Below, one piece after another: positions 36,769-50,200 of a DNA stretch of 64,000 nt. Position numbers and translations under genes: made by a program. This stretch comes from Carcharhinus amblyrhynchos (taxonomy: Eukaryota), in the NCBI GenBank assembly GCA_965287045.1, contig OZ336874.1, positions 76,942,001-77,006,000 of the forward strand, read 5' to 3'. A model generated the notes under the pieces. The model saw nothing but the letters and a program-made list of their open reading frames with translations, was not told the origin of the DNA and did no database searches. The first letter of the stretch is position 1, and every line of letters starts with the position of its first letter.

Positions 36769-37070
36769 CATAGAATTCTACAGTGCAGAAGGAGGCCATT
36801 CAGACCATCAGGTCTACACCAACCACAATCCCACCCACGCTCTTGTCCTGTAACCCCACATATTAACCCTGCCAATCCCCCTGACACTAGGGTCAACTTA
36901 GCATGGCCAATCTACCTAACCCACACATCTTTGGGCTGTGGGAGGAAAGCGCAGCACTCGGAGGAAACCCATGGGGAAAATGTGTAAACTCCACACAGTG
37001 ATCCGAGGCTGGAATTGAACTTGGGTCCTTCTTGTTGAGAGGCAGCAGTGCTAACCACTGTGCCACCGTG
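36769..37070 (-). mobile_element. HE1-type V-SINE
   Basis: Same head, V-domain and tail as 8198-8530. Confidence 0.9.
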
Positions 37071-40000
37071 TCGAGTAGTTAGTTTGCAGAGGCGGAGTCA
37101 CGTGTGAGAAGTTCTGGACAGGTTAATGATGCTTCTGGGAAATATTGCTTTTCTTATTATCCTGTGGTTGTATTTTCTGGTAGTGATGGGAGGAACGCAA
37201 CAGTATTTTGGCATGTTGTTGTCAGAGGTAGTTTTCTTTTCATGTCCTCTGGTTTCTCAGCTTATTTTTATTTTAATCCTTGTTTGTCCAATATTTCTGG
37301 AAGCCCAGGTCTTTGAATGTCCTCTGGCTTTTCTGGTTAATTTGAATGCTGTTCGCCCAATATTTCCGAATGTCCAGGCTCTTTCATGGCTCCCTACTGC
37401 TGAGTTCCACTTGGAAGGAACCATAAAATAGTACCGTCAAACTCCAGTAAATATTGACCGTGTCTTGGAGCTGTGACCACTCTAAAAGCGGGAACCAGCA
37501 AATTAAAAGACTGCTATTGTTCTGTCCTTAACCAGTGCTCCATGACTGACGCCAAAGTATGTGTGAGATAAAAGCTAAGAATCAGCATAAGAAAGATATA
37601 GGAAGAAGTAAGGAGGGGGGGAAGTAAAATAGGCATCACATTGGAACCTCTAAGTACTAATGTGAAGGAAAGTAAAATATACAAAGAGCACTGACATGCA
37701 CTGAATCACAAACTTCCACAAAGCTAAATGAAAAACAGTCTGCCCGTATGGTGAGGCTGGATTTATAAATGGAGGGAGCTAATTGATGCACTTAACATTT
37801 TGCCCTTTGTGTGTCATTGGGCAGGGTCTAAACACATGGAATATTCAGCATGACGGTATAGATTCGGCTATATTAAACCCTTCTTGTCTGTTCTGGGAAC
37901 ATATTGGAACGTGCCTTGGGGTTAGTTTACACCAGTGAAAAGTGAATAGGGCAGTCTTTGGGTTGATTTTGTGATTTAACGAAAAACCTGAGCACTCCAA
38001 ACTACCTTAGTTGTGAACGTGACACACATTACGCTTGGATGCGCATACAATTGTTTGCTATAGTTGAACTACAATTTTGAAAGTGATCTGGTGGGCAGAT
38101 TTAAATGAGGTATAAATCAAAAAGTTCCTTCAGTGTACCAGAGTAAATGTCCAGCCCTACTGCTGATTCTGGGGTAAAGCACTGAGTCTGGGCTGAATGC
38201 TAATTTATACCATCTTTCCTGTGCCCTGTGTATCATAGTGGTGTTTGTTGGGCTTTCTAGCACAAGCTGATTCATTCTTATCGTTATTTTGTTTTTAGTT
38301 GAATATAAAATTTGGTACTCTAGTTAGCCAGATTGATAGCTCAAATGAGGAGTGTGAACAATTGAGTGTTTTGGATCAGAACTGGTTAGCTACAATTAGA
38401 GAGTAGATCCCTTGGTTTTAAGGGGATGTGAACAAGTGTGGCAGTTCCTTTAACAGCTATTTAGTTATCTTTCAGCTTTCAATGCACACACAAGCTTTCT
38501 TTTATGTAAAAGCCGCAAAAAGAATCCCTGCAAATTGTGCATGTTATTTAAGTGCAAGGGAAAATTACAGCAAATATAGAATAATTTCAACAATATTAAA
38601 GTGCCCTCACAAAATGCCACAGGAAGCTACAGTTTGATGGGGCATGGTGGTGGTTACACGGTGATTGACTGTGTTGCAATAAGCATTTGTGATTTGCATA
38701 CACATCTGATCTTGTACGTTACCATAGGCTGTGTTCCATGCTAGGAAGTAGCCCCCAAGGAATGCAGGATATATACTCACATCAACCCACCCCCTCCTGC
38801 ATCCTTGACTTTGTACAAATTACAATTCAAATCAAGAGTGTGTGGTGGATTGCAGGGGGTGGGGGTTATGGTGATGGGAGCGTTGGCTCTGAGATTCTTG
38901 TCTTTGTCAGTTTTGAGATCCTACTGTATCTGTTTGATCTTTTTGTGCAGCAGTCAGCGGGATAAGGTGGTGTCACGGGCAGTCAGGATCAATGCCATCA
39001 TACCAAGGCTGTGTGATGACAACAAAAATTTCCATTCCCTGCACCAGCAAAATATGTGCTTGATGAATGCACAAGTGTTCGACGCTGCTAACATTACCGA
39101 GTTGCAGACAGATTCTGATTTTTTTATCTTGTCCAGTAAAGAAGTTGCCATTACATAAATATAATTGGCAGCATTATAAATAGGATTCCGTACAACAGCG
39201 GTTTGAACCACAGTTGTTGGTAATGTTATTGATTTGATTATATGGCTGTTCAATGCTGGATGGTTTCTCTTGCTCTGATGTGTTGATGCTCATTAAGTTA
39301 TTTACTATATGATCATTACACTTTTAAAATGCTTGCTCATTCTCCCTTAAACTTACCTTGCTCAACTTGTGTGCAAGTTTACATTTGTCCTGATGTGATT
39401 TACTTCCCATACAAACAATTTGTGCCTACAGAAACCAAGGTCGTTTTGGTGATGACAGCAAATGCTGGTAATTCTGTATTGATTATAACTAAACCCATAA
39501 CTTGCCTTGCATTTTTCTCACTCTTTTAGCAACATTGAGTCAGTCAGGACTACTGTCAAATTTCTTCTTTTGTACCTGCAGAGGTTTGCTTTGCATCCCC
39601 TCAAAATTTAAATCTCATGGAAAATTTTGCTACTCAAACCCATTCTTCTGGATTTTGAAACATCACTTTGCTAATCCTCCCTTCCGCTCTAAGCTGCAGT
39701 CACATAATCACGGTTTCATGATTTTCCTCACCTTCTGATTTATTGCTCTGATATCTTGCGTTACATGCGTCAGCCTTTTCTTGTTGGTTTCTATTTTTGC
39801 AAATTAAGAGAATGGATGATCTATTCATGAATGTGTTTTCTAGTGTAACTTAGCAAAGTGCTTCTTTTCATAGATTTTGCAGCGAGGTTTGCTGCTGCAA
39901 CCACTGATTATTAAGTGCTACATCTCTAGTGTCAATTGGATCTTCTCGTATATTTATTAATAGTTAAGATTGAGCTGGTGTGGAATTACCAATTGCAACC

Positions 40001-42719
40001 AAGAATAAACATTTATTTTGAACAAATTTACACCTCTCTTGCAATCGGAGATAATTTGATTTCTTGGCTTCTGTGCTAGGATTTAATAAGCCACAACTAA
40101 TTCTGATTGATCTCAGATTTTTTTACGTTAGACCCAGTGCCACGTTTATGCTCTTGCTGCAAATTTGCACTTCTGAACTTGCAGACGAGTGCAAAGGTTC
40201 TGGAAGAATTAGTGAGAAATGGTTATAAAGGAAGGCTTTCACCATCTGCATTCGAAGGCTTTCATCAGAAGGCCATTAATGGCTGGTGCAAATTTTGAAA
40301 CGTGTTTAACAGGCTAGCCTAATATTTCCTGGAAATAACTCAACACAATGGCAATTATTCAATTGGGAAGGCCATCGTAGCCTAAATTCACCAGGGTACT
40401 TAGTTGATAGGTACACTGAGTTATATAGACAGAATGGCTCAGGCTCTAGTCTGTATTTAATTTGCTGACTTTTGCAATGAGCTGTAGTATTCTTTAGGTA
40501 AGGTAGAGTCAAAACCAGCTATGGGGTTCAGACCTCTACCATTGAGAATAGTTCAAGTCTGGATATCCGATCCATCTGAATCAAATTTGAACACCATTGT
40601 CTCCATAGTGGAAATGCCTCACAAATAGTAGCGAGGTCCACTTCTGAATGGAAAAATGGTCTAATTGTGGCAAATGGAACTGTATACAACCATAAGCCAG
40701 TTTCTTCAGAAGACAAGGGAAAAACACTCAATGGAAATATTATATTTTGCTTGGCACATTCAGTTTTGTTGGGGGCTAATTTCACTGAACTACCTTGGAC
40801 TAAAGTGTCTCTTTCAGATCTGATGCCATTCATTGAAAACATTGGCATAAGCGGTAATAGATGGAACAGCTTCTGTAACGTGTTTGAATATATGATCTCT
40901 GCTGGCTAAATGTGTCAATAGCACTAAAATTCTAGCAAGTGCCTTTAAGTGTTTTTATTAGTGAATTTTCTCCATAGCAGGAAGTAAGAGGCTGAGACTT
41001 TAAAAGTGCTAACCCTTCCTCCCCATCTCAGCTTCACAGCTCTAAAGATATTACATGTTAGTGCCACTATTTGGATGTTCGAAAGATATTCTCCTCTTTG
41101 CTGTGTAATTGCCAAATCCTATATGGTTATGTATCTAGTGTGGTTAATATGCATTGCAATTAGACGGCTCCATATCACACTATTCAAGTGCAGCATTGTT
41201 TATGGATTTTTTTGTCTTGCGTCAACATAGTATCGATGTCTGAAGTTCATGAGTTTGATCCACAAAATGATGAGACAAGATGTATGATTCTTGGCTTATC
41301 TGTGACTGCAATCTCACTGCAGTTTCTCAGCAGCAGGTAGCTTTACATGACTTTATAAACCTTACTGGCTGTTTTGGCTAAGTGACCAAAGTGTCCCCCT
41401 GCCATGTCTCTTGTGCTGAACCTTTTGTAGGAGAGTATTGCAACTCAAAAGGTCTCGAGTGCATGCAGGCGATGCATTTTGCCCCCTATTGCAGTTGGAG
41501 CACTTTATTCTCATACCATCTGCACAAATATAAACCATTCCTGTTCCACAGGAGAAAACCTTCGACAAAGCTGGTGTTTGGTTAAAAAGTTGGTTCATGC
41601 TATGTGTAATTTTTGTTCAAGACAGTAAAAATTCTGTGTCTCAAACTCTTATTCTGAGGTTTATTTTCTCTTTGTACACACAGCAGTTTAAATTGATTGC
41701 ATGAAGAGCTTGGTTTGACCAGCTCCAGTTCATTTGAATACAGACTCAGTCCTAATGATGAGAGCGATGAAGGATTTAAAAAGCCACCTTATTATTGTCC
41801 TGAACACAAAACCCTTCCGTTGAGATCTTTCGGCTAACTTCTTCACTTCTTAAATATCCAGGGGGCAAACTGGCCATTCTTATTAATCGGCTTAAAGCTA
41901 ATGAGATGAATAGATCTTAAGCAGAACCTAAAACTGTCCTAATCCTTCCACGTCAGCATTTTTGAAGGGAGTTTGAGGAGGGTTTCTGTGCGGGTAGGGG
42001 GTGGGGTGCAGGAGATGTCGATTGGACTTCAGAGAATAGCTGGCCCTTGTTTTTCTAAGATGTCAACGCATTCTCAAGTTTTACCTCGGGTATTAGCCTG
42101 CCCCTCTGTGGTCAATCATGTGCTGACGAAGCTTGCGAAACAATAAAAGGAGGAATTAGTTTGCTTTTTTGGTGAAGTATACCATGGGAAAGGCAGGAAA
42201 GGCTGAGCTGGTTACTGGGGACTTAGCCGCTGACTTGTTGTCAGTGAAGTCTATTTGAATAACCTTCCCCTTTAGCCTTCGCTTTCCCCTTTTGTCCACT
42301 CCAGTTCATAAACGGTAGCAGCTGGAGATTTTTATTCATGTAAGCTGCTGCTTAATATCCATGAAGATTTCTAACTGGGTCAGAAGAGCAGTAGGATTTC
42401 TTTTTTTTGTTTTTCTTTTTCCTCACATCTAGTTAAGGCCAAAATTCCAAATGTCCTTTTCTAATCCACAAGTAGTCACCTTTTGTGTGATCTGGGCTTT
42501 GTCTTTATCACATTCTTTATTAACAGACACCCGATGCAAACCACATTTTCTTCACAGAAGCTTGAAAAGTCCTCAACCCCTCAGAGGATTAATAAGCAGA
42601 AGTGCTTGAAGTGCTTGTTCTGGTGCTGTGTGAGAAGCTGGACTTTGTACTGTAGAGGTGATGGCAGCTGGGAGTCAGAAGCGTTTCATCCAACCATATG
42701 CTTATGGGTTGAACAAGTC

Positions 42720-43880
42720 ACAGTTGTCAGCAGTTGTAGAACACATCTTCACCCTGTGTAGATACAGCAGTTGTAGATTATATCTTGACAATGTGTAGGT
42801 ACAGAAGTTATAGAGCACACTTGCATACTGTGCAGCTACAGAGGGCATTTTTCATAACCACGTCTACACATTTGTGAGGATGTGATAGATTGTGGTGTCA
42901 CACCATGCAGACGCTGTTCTGATAGATCATAACATCACACTGTGCATCAGTGGTGATTGTAATGGTACACTGTAGGTGCATCGGTGGTGATTGTAACATG
43001 CCATGCAGGTACATGAGTGATAGATCTGAACATCGCACTATCTATGTGCATGAGCGATAGACCATAACATCACATTGTGTTAGTACAGTTGCAATAACTC
43101 ATATGTGTAGATGCATCTGTGATGGCTTGTAGTGTCAAATTGTATAGGTGCATGAAGGATACGTCATAATATCACACTGTACAAGTGCAGTTATGATAGA
43201 TTGTACTATCACACTGAAGGTGCAGTTCTGATAGATTGTAATATCACACTGTAGGTGCAATAGTAATCGATTGTAATATCACACCGTTGGTACATCTGTG
43301 ATAGCTTGTGGTGTTACATGTGATAAATCATAGTATCAGATTGTATAGGTGAAGTTGATTGCAATATCACACTATGTAGGTGTAATAAGTTGCCTCAGGA
43401 TGTCCCAACTTGCTTCGCAGGCGTCAAAGTACATTTTGATTGTAGCGACTGTTGTAACGTAGAAAAGCAAGATGAAAACTAGGGCATAGCAAGGCCCCAC
43501 AAACAACGATGAGCGAAATGACCAGGTGATCTGCTTTTGAAGGATTTTATTGAGGGATAAGTCTTAGCCAGGACACCTTGAGAATGTCCCTGCCCATCTA
43601 AGGGCTTGGATTAGTATCTCACTTGAAGGACAGAACCTCTGACAGTGCTGCACTCTTATACTGCATTGGAGTGTTAGCCTGGATAATGTACTCAAATCTC
43701 TGTGGGACTTAGCACACAGCCTTCTTGGACAAAAAAGCCACAATTGAACTAAGGCTAACAGTAAGGATAGATTGTTATTGTTACAGTATGTAGGTGCAAA
43801 AGTGATAGATTGCATTGTATAAATACCGTAGTAATGGATTATGTTATCACACAACGGGTGCAGTAATAGTGATTGCGCCC
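42720..43880 (+). repeat. Degenerate ~35-37 bp minisatellite, interrupted by a SINE at ~43388-43760
   Basis: The unit is approximately gtgatagattgtaatatcacactgtaggtgcagtt. It is repeated through ~43385 and resumes at ~43762-43880. Confidence 0.85.
43388..43760 (-). mobile_element. SacSINE1-like DeuSINE
   Basis: Reverse complement of the family at 17801 and 35020 (gacagaacctctgacagtgctgcactc...tactgcattggagtgttagcct). Confidence 0.75.
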
Positions 43881-43989
43881 AACAACGCCTTTGTGACATG
43901 CTTTCACAATTTCACTGACACAAAAATGGCTGTTTAATTTCTGATTTGCAAAGCAATCTTGAATTCACTGAAGCCAAAAGGAAAATAGA

Positions 43990-44220
43990 GATACTGAGCT
44001 TCATATCTGGGAACCTTGGGATCAGACGTGCCGATTTTTGAGGATTTTACGGATTTTGGATATTCAGCCTAGCGTGTGTTTACACATAAAACAAAGTACG
44101 CGACATAAAGAATAAAAGGATTTTATTCAAGTTGCTACCAAGGGTGCCAGCTTCAAATATAGCTGGTTTTTGGGTCTTTCTGCAATTTGGGGTGGTATCG
44201 ATATTTGTGGGTGCTGGAAA
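43990..44220. mobile_element. Possible pogo/Tigger-like MITE remnant
   Basis: cttgggatcagacgtg...ggattttacggattttggatatt resembles Tigger4/MER46-type terminal sequence. Confidence 0.35.
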
Positions 44221-47200
44221 TCCTGAGCTCAAGTTATGAGAGGCCGTGAATGAAAAGATCCTCAGCGTTCGAAGGAATTAACTTGAATCAAATTCAAATC
44301 CATGTTTTAAAAATTGTCCAGGCTCTCCATTGTCTGCCTGGGCACTTGGAAAATTTACATTTTGAATTATTGTAATGTTAACGTCTCTCACTCCCACCAG
44401 AAGCCGAAGGCTCCTCTTGTGTGTTTGCACAATATCAGTGATGTTGGCGTACAACTGATAATGTATTGTTTGTCTGATGACTCCTTTATCATACTCTGCG
44501 GAAACTTATCTGATTTTATCGAGTTCCTTTAATCAATACAAATAGTAAAATAATGTAAAACAGATTTCAAGTTGCTAAGGTGTGTTTGTTAGTCTGAGTT
44601 GTTGAATCTGAAGAAATTTCTTAAACACCCTAAGATGTATTAGCTCATCTGCTGTTGTGACTACAATGCAAACTTTTGAACAATTTCATTGATTTTTGAT
44701 AAATCTTAAGTCGATTTCATGTATGTGGACAACTTTAGCTCGTGTTCCTTTGAAAAGCTGTTATTTAAATGCGTCCACTACTTTGGCATGTGTTTTACCA
44801 CTGCTTCTGGAGAAAATATTCACAGAGGAACCCTTCTGTTGAAAAATCTGCGTTGGAGATTTTTCCGTACCTGGTGCTGCTTTGTTCTATGTGAGGGTGT
44901 GTTTAGACAGGAAGAGAAATTACGATGCCTTGACCAAGCTAATCAAAATGAATGCACTGGTATTATTTTAGAAAGGAAATTGTTTATTATTGTCATTAAT
45001 CTAAAGGTTTCATTCCTTTTGAGGTATGTTGTGACATAACATGCAGTAATGGTTTAGCGTCGGAGGAAACATTAGATGAGTGTTTGGAAAATATTTGAAG
45101 TGATTTAGTTATGATTAGGTACTAATTTGCTCTGCTTGATTACATCAACTGGCTATGGAGGTAGCTGAGGTAGAATCAGTTCATATTTGTATAGTGGACT
45201 CCACAACTGGCTACTGAAGACTTCAATCTTTGACAGACCTACTTTTATTTAATTGCCACTAAAACCTCTATCCGAAGCTGTGCAAGATTGAGTTCTCTTA
45301 TTTGTGTGTGGAAACTTACCCAATATACGTTCCAGGTTGTTTTCTATGCTTACATTAAAGGCTGAACAGTACAATGCTTTACTGGCCTGTTTATAATGTT
45401 TTGAGGTCATTTCATTTAAATTTAAAGACCTACGGGAATATTATTTATTTCCTGTCTCTTCAGACCTTTATGCAATACATACTTACATCGTAGCAAAGCT
45501 GCTGTTGCTTCCTTGTATAGGACTGTGTTTACTGAATTGTTTGAAAAAAATGTATTTTAAAGTGTTAAAGATTGGCTACCTTTGTGCGTCATTTCCTAAA
45601 AACTTGTTGTGACTTCTATTTGGTTTAAATTCTGTTGGATTATTAGTCTGTGAAGGAAGCGATAACGCATTTCCTTGTATTGAATTTTGGCACGCTCTGT
45701 GCTTTGTGGCCAATGAAAAATTAAAAGATGCCTGTGAATTAATGGCAAAGCAAGGCTTGAAAATTTCACACGCACATGAAAAGAACTTTTGAGGAAATCA
45801 TACTTCCCATAATTGGGTAATATTTTGTGCAAAACACATTTTCTTGTGTTTATTTTATCAAAGGAAGATCAACAATATACAAAGTTAAATTCACAGCAAC
45901 TCATTTTGGAATACTGCACCCTTTTCTATTGTCCAAATTGAGATTAATTTTAATTTTTGTCTCTACAATGACAGTTGAATGGAGGAAAAGTCAGTCATGA
46001 AACTATTTGAAATCCTTTGAATATTGCTCCCATCGCTATTCATTTTCTATGTTTCCCACAGAATATTTTTCTGTACTGTGACTGAAATGCGATTGAGGTA
46101 ATCAAAAATAGTCTTGGAAATCTATTTGTGCAGATAAAATCATCATTCCTTGCCAAGACGCTACAGCTTTGGTAGAAGTGGAAAATATCAGTTTATGTGG
46201 ATTAACATTTTGGCGACAGACCCTTTCTATGAATTCCAGCTCCTGTGATGGGTTGACATTCTGAACATTAATCCATCATTTCTCTTTACAAAAGCTGATG
46301 AACCTAGTGTGTTTCCAGAATTACCTCTTGTTATTATCTCTATACAATATATTGTACAGAAAGATGTTTATTTGCATTTTTAAAATTTTGTAAAATACTC
46401 TGAAAATGAACTATAGCTGTTTAAAAAAAAAGACACATAGTTCTAATTGTTGATAACGGCTTTACTTTCCTTTGATATGTAACCATGAAGCAAGCGACTG
46501 GTCTTCTGTTAAAGGACTTTTAATCAGTTTTTTGTGTGAATCTTGCAACAAAGGACCATCTTTATATTGGGAGTTTTTGTGTTAAACTGTGATGAAAATA
46601 CAAGTAGAATATGATTTCACATGCAATTAGATTCTCTAAGAGAAATATCCTCGTCAAATGGAGAAAAGGTTGATTATTAACGTGATTCTGAATGCGCAAT
46701 ACACATACGATTTCACGTTAGATTTAATAATACTCAAACGGCGTTGATCTGTTATTTGTAAATTTGAAACATTTGTGCAAATGTGTCCCTTCCTCTGTGT
46801 AACCTTTAAAATGATGCTTATGGAATCAAGTTTTATTAGTTTTAGAATCTGATTGAGATAGCGTGAGAAATAGTGATATTAAAACGAAGTAACTAAATGG
46901 AATGACCCCAACCTTGGATTTTAAAAAAATCTGAGAGTTGATCGTAGCACGCAAACTTCCCATTAGCTTCAATGACGTGACTGCAGCTGCGTTTCAGAGG
47001 CCTGGGGAGACTTGAGGACCTTGTGCAGTGGGCACGAAATTTATTTTTTGTCCTCAGAGGGTACCGAAATACTTTGTCAAATTGTACACATGTCCAAAAG
47101 ACCAACTTTTGTTTTTGACTTCATTCTTTTTTAAGAAAAACTTTTGGACCCACCTTCATTTGCATCTGTGCCTCTAAACTTTGGTTAGCGAAGAGATGGG

Positions 47201-50200
47201 AAAAAGAATATACTGAAATTCAGCAGTGACAGGAGACCGCAGCTGAATAATGCAGCAACTTTCTGCCGACTTTAAAGTAAACGGGGAGTTGTCAGTACAT
47301 TAGGAGGAGGAACCTGCCCTGTCGGTACATTACTTGCACTGGGCTAGTATCGCTGGTAAAAGGAGCATGGCACGCAGGTGTCTAAATTATTTACACTCAT
47401 AATCGTCCTTTATGTTACATCTCAAAGCCATGGCTCTGTTATTCTTTTGCATAATTGATGGTGCTCAGAACTGGAAGAGTTAGAATAGCAGAAGTAATGT
47501 GATGCGAATGTGCAGTGAGGCAGCAAGTCAGTCAGCTGGCATTGCGCTGCAGTGATGTGTGGGTACAGTAATCACTGGTTTGCGTGTGTAAGCCCAGTAC
47601 GTGCACAGCTAGAAGCAGAGAAAGGGGGCCATCTAAATATAACAGGACCTGACACTTAACAACGACTGGCAGTCAGATCAGAAGGTATTGGTTCATAGTT
47701 ATAAGCCATCTGTACTGGGAGAGGCAATGGTTCCAGTAGCGCCTGTCCCAGTGCTGCAGGACGCAAATTGCTAGGAGATCAGTAATTTTTTTCTTTTTTT
47801 TAGTGCAGCCCAATGCCATTTTGTGTTCCAGAGGAAAAATAATTGTGGAAGCAAGACTATATTCATTGTGAATGAATTCACATTTGAATGACATATTTTG
47901 CTTAAAAGTAAGGAGAAATTCTGCATCATCTTACAATTAAGCTATTTTAAATTGGAAACAGCAAAACCAAATTTTGAAGATTGTTTCGTGCTGGACTGAT
48001 CCAATAGTGCAATGAAGTTTCTTGAAAAGGGGCTATCAGCAAATAATCATGAGTGAAAATGTATTTGTTTAGCAGTGATTTATAGAAGATAAACAGATAC
48101 AAATAAGGTGGTTTACTTTTCTATCTATTGGCACAGAGGGAGCTCTGCTTGTCAGAATTTTATTGTATTCCAAACCTGTGCTGCATTATGAAGTTTGAAA
48201 AAAAAACCTTGTACAGATCCCAATGGATTATTATTAACTGTTACCAATTGGAGAAGGTAAGGAAGGGTTGGAGCCCATGAGGCCAAGAGAGCATGCTTTG
48301 GTTCTCGATATATTTTCAAAATGACTGAATATCTTTCTCCATTCTCTTTCCTTCTGACAGTTTGAAAATCTTAAATAAACAGGAGGAGAAAGAATGACTT
48401 CTCCTTGGTACATTTCACTTCACTGAGATAGGTATTTGAAGTGGGAATTCCAGATTGACGTGTTTGTTTATCCTCTCACATTCAGGCAATAAATGCTGGC
48501 CTAGCCCGTGACACCCACAACCTGTGAAAGAATTAAAAATAAGCAGTGTTGGTCTGAGATCACTTAATATAGATATTTCCATTTTAGTGGGTTGATGGTC
48601 ATTCACTGATATCAGATTAAGCGGCAAAGGGCTAAATCTGGGGTTTGATTTTTGGGAGGGTTGGCCAGGGGAGGGGCTGGTTGGAGAATGAAACTGGCAT
48701 TGTGTGGATTTTAATATAAATAGATAAGAAAATATTGAAAGCTTTATCCTCCATTACGCCTATCCAAAAGCCCCCAACAGTACAATGGGATATTGTGTCA
48801 CTGTTTGAGTAAGACCATATTACTTGTTGTAGAAGCATTGTGTCAAGACAAAAATGCAATCATATTTTTGTAAGCTCAGAAGTTAATTCTTGCTAGGTTT
48901 TTTATTCTGAGTTGCTATTCAAATGTTGCTGTAGTTATTCACTGGAAAATGCCTGAGCAATGAGAGCTTTGTTATCAGAGTGCATTTCCAAAGAGGTTTA
49001 ACCATATCACTTTTCAAATTGCTTTATTCCTATTGATGTGGTTTCATAGTGAGGAAGTCATTGCTTTTGTGCAGTTTCCAAAATGAGCATCTTTTCTGAC
49101 GTGAACTATCTGCTATGTTTTGAACTGACATTTCTAGAATAGGAAGGAGTCATGTAACGATAGAGTATCTGCCATTTTCTGTACTCTTAACCACCATGCA
49201 TTGGCAAAATGAAAAATAGTGTTGAGCACTAGAGAGTGACAGAGGCAGCCAGGTGATAACTGAACCGTTAACAAAGGGGACATCCTTATCTTTGCAGGAA
49301 ATCTTGTGATGTGAATGTCTTCTGAACCTTGAACATGAGATGCATTTTATTTTTACCTTTCCAATGCCAATTTCCATTAGAACTGCAGCACTGTTTGGTG
49401 GGACAACTGCACAAGGCAAGCAGCCAAGGAAAATGACTGTTGGTTGTTGAAATAGAGGTTAGTTTGCACCACCATCTTGTTTGCTGGAATGAATGGAGCT
49501 AGTGCAATGAAAATTACTTGCAGACCTTCAAAACCTTCATGAAGGGGGGAGAAAAGAAAAATTCTCGAGTGCTTTAAACAGCATGGGAGCGAATATATTT
49601 TCTTCATGAACTTCCAATAAACATATTTTCTTCAGAGAAAAATTCTGCTAAATAAATCTTCTACTTTGTCTTGGGACAGGAGTTAAATTAATTTATTGGA
49701 TACAGTAGGCTTCCCACTAATTTAGAGATGTAATTTGTAAAATCATCAAGAATTTAGGAGTAAAACATGCAAAATATTCCATTTCAACCAATCTTTTGCT
49801 ATTTAATGAACCAGCGCAGAAATATTAGTCCAGTTCTTTGAGGATTAGAGTATGAAATATTCTAATCGACCATAAAACAATTTTCTTTTGTTTTAAAATT
49901 GCAGTGGTCTGAAAATTCACTCCAACCTCGCAACCATCACAGACAAGCAGATAATTAAGTTTCAGGGAGGAAGACTCAGTTGTTGCCATTAATGTGTCAC
50001 TTTCTATGCGTTCATTTCCCCTTTGCACTTCAAAAACTGGACTGTATATGTTTGGGGAGTCAGTAGGGGGTTAATGAAAGCCCTGATTAATGAATCATCT
50101 GCGCATAGAGAAAGACTTGAAATATGTTTTATAATCAAGTTTCTCTGCGATGGGAAATCAAAACCATTCATCTATCAGGGCAGATTAAGCCATTTTAAAA

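Noticed and set aside
42720-43390. CRISPR-like appearance of ~36-bp palindromic repeats
   Set aside because: The units are tandem and degenerate with no unique spacers, there are no cas genes, and the context is a vertebrate intron.
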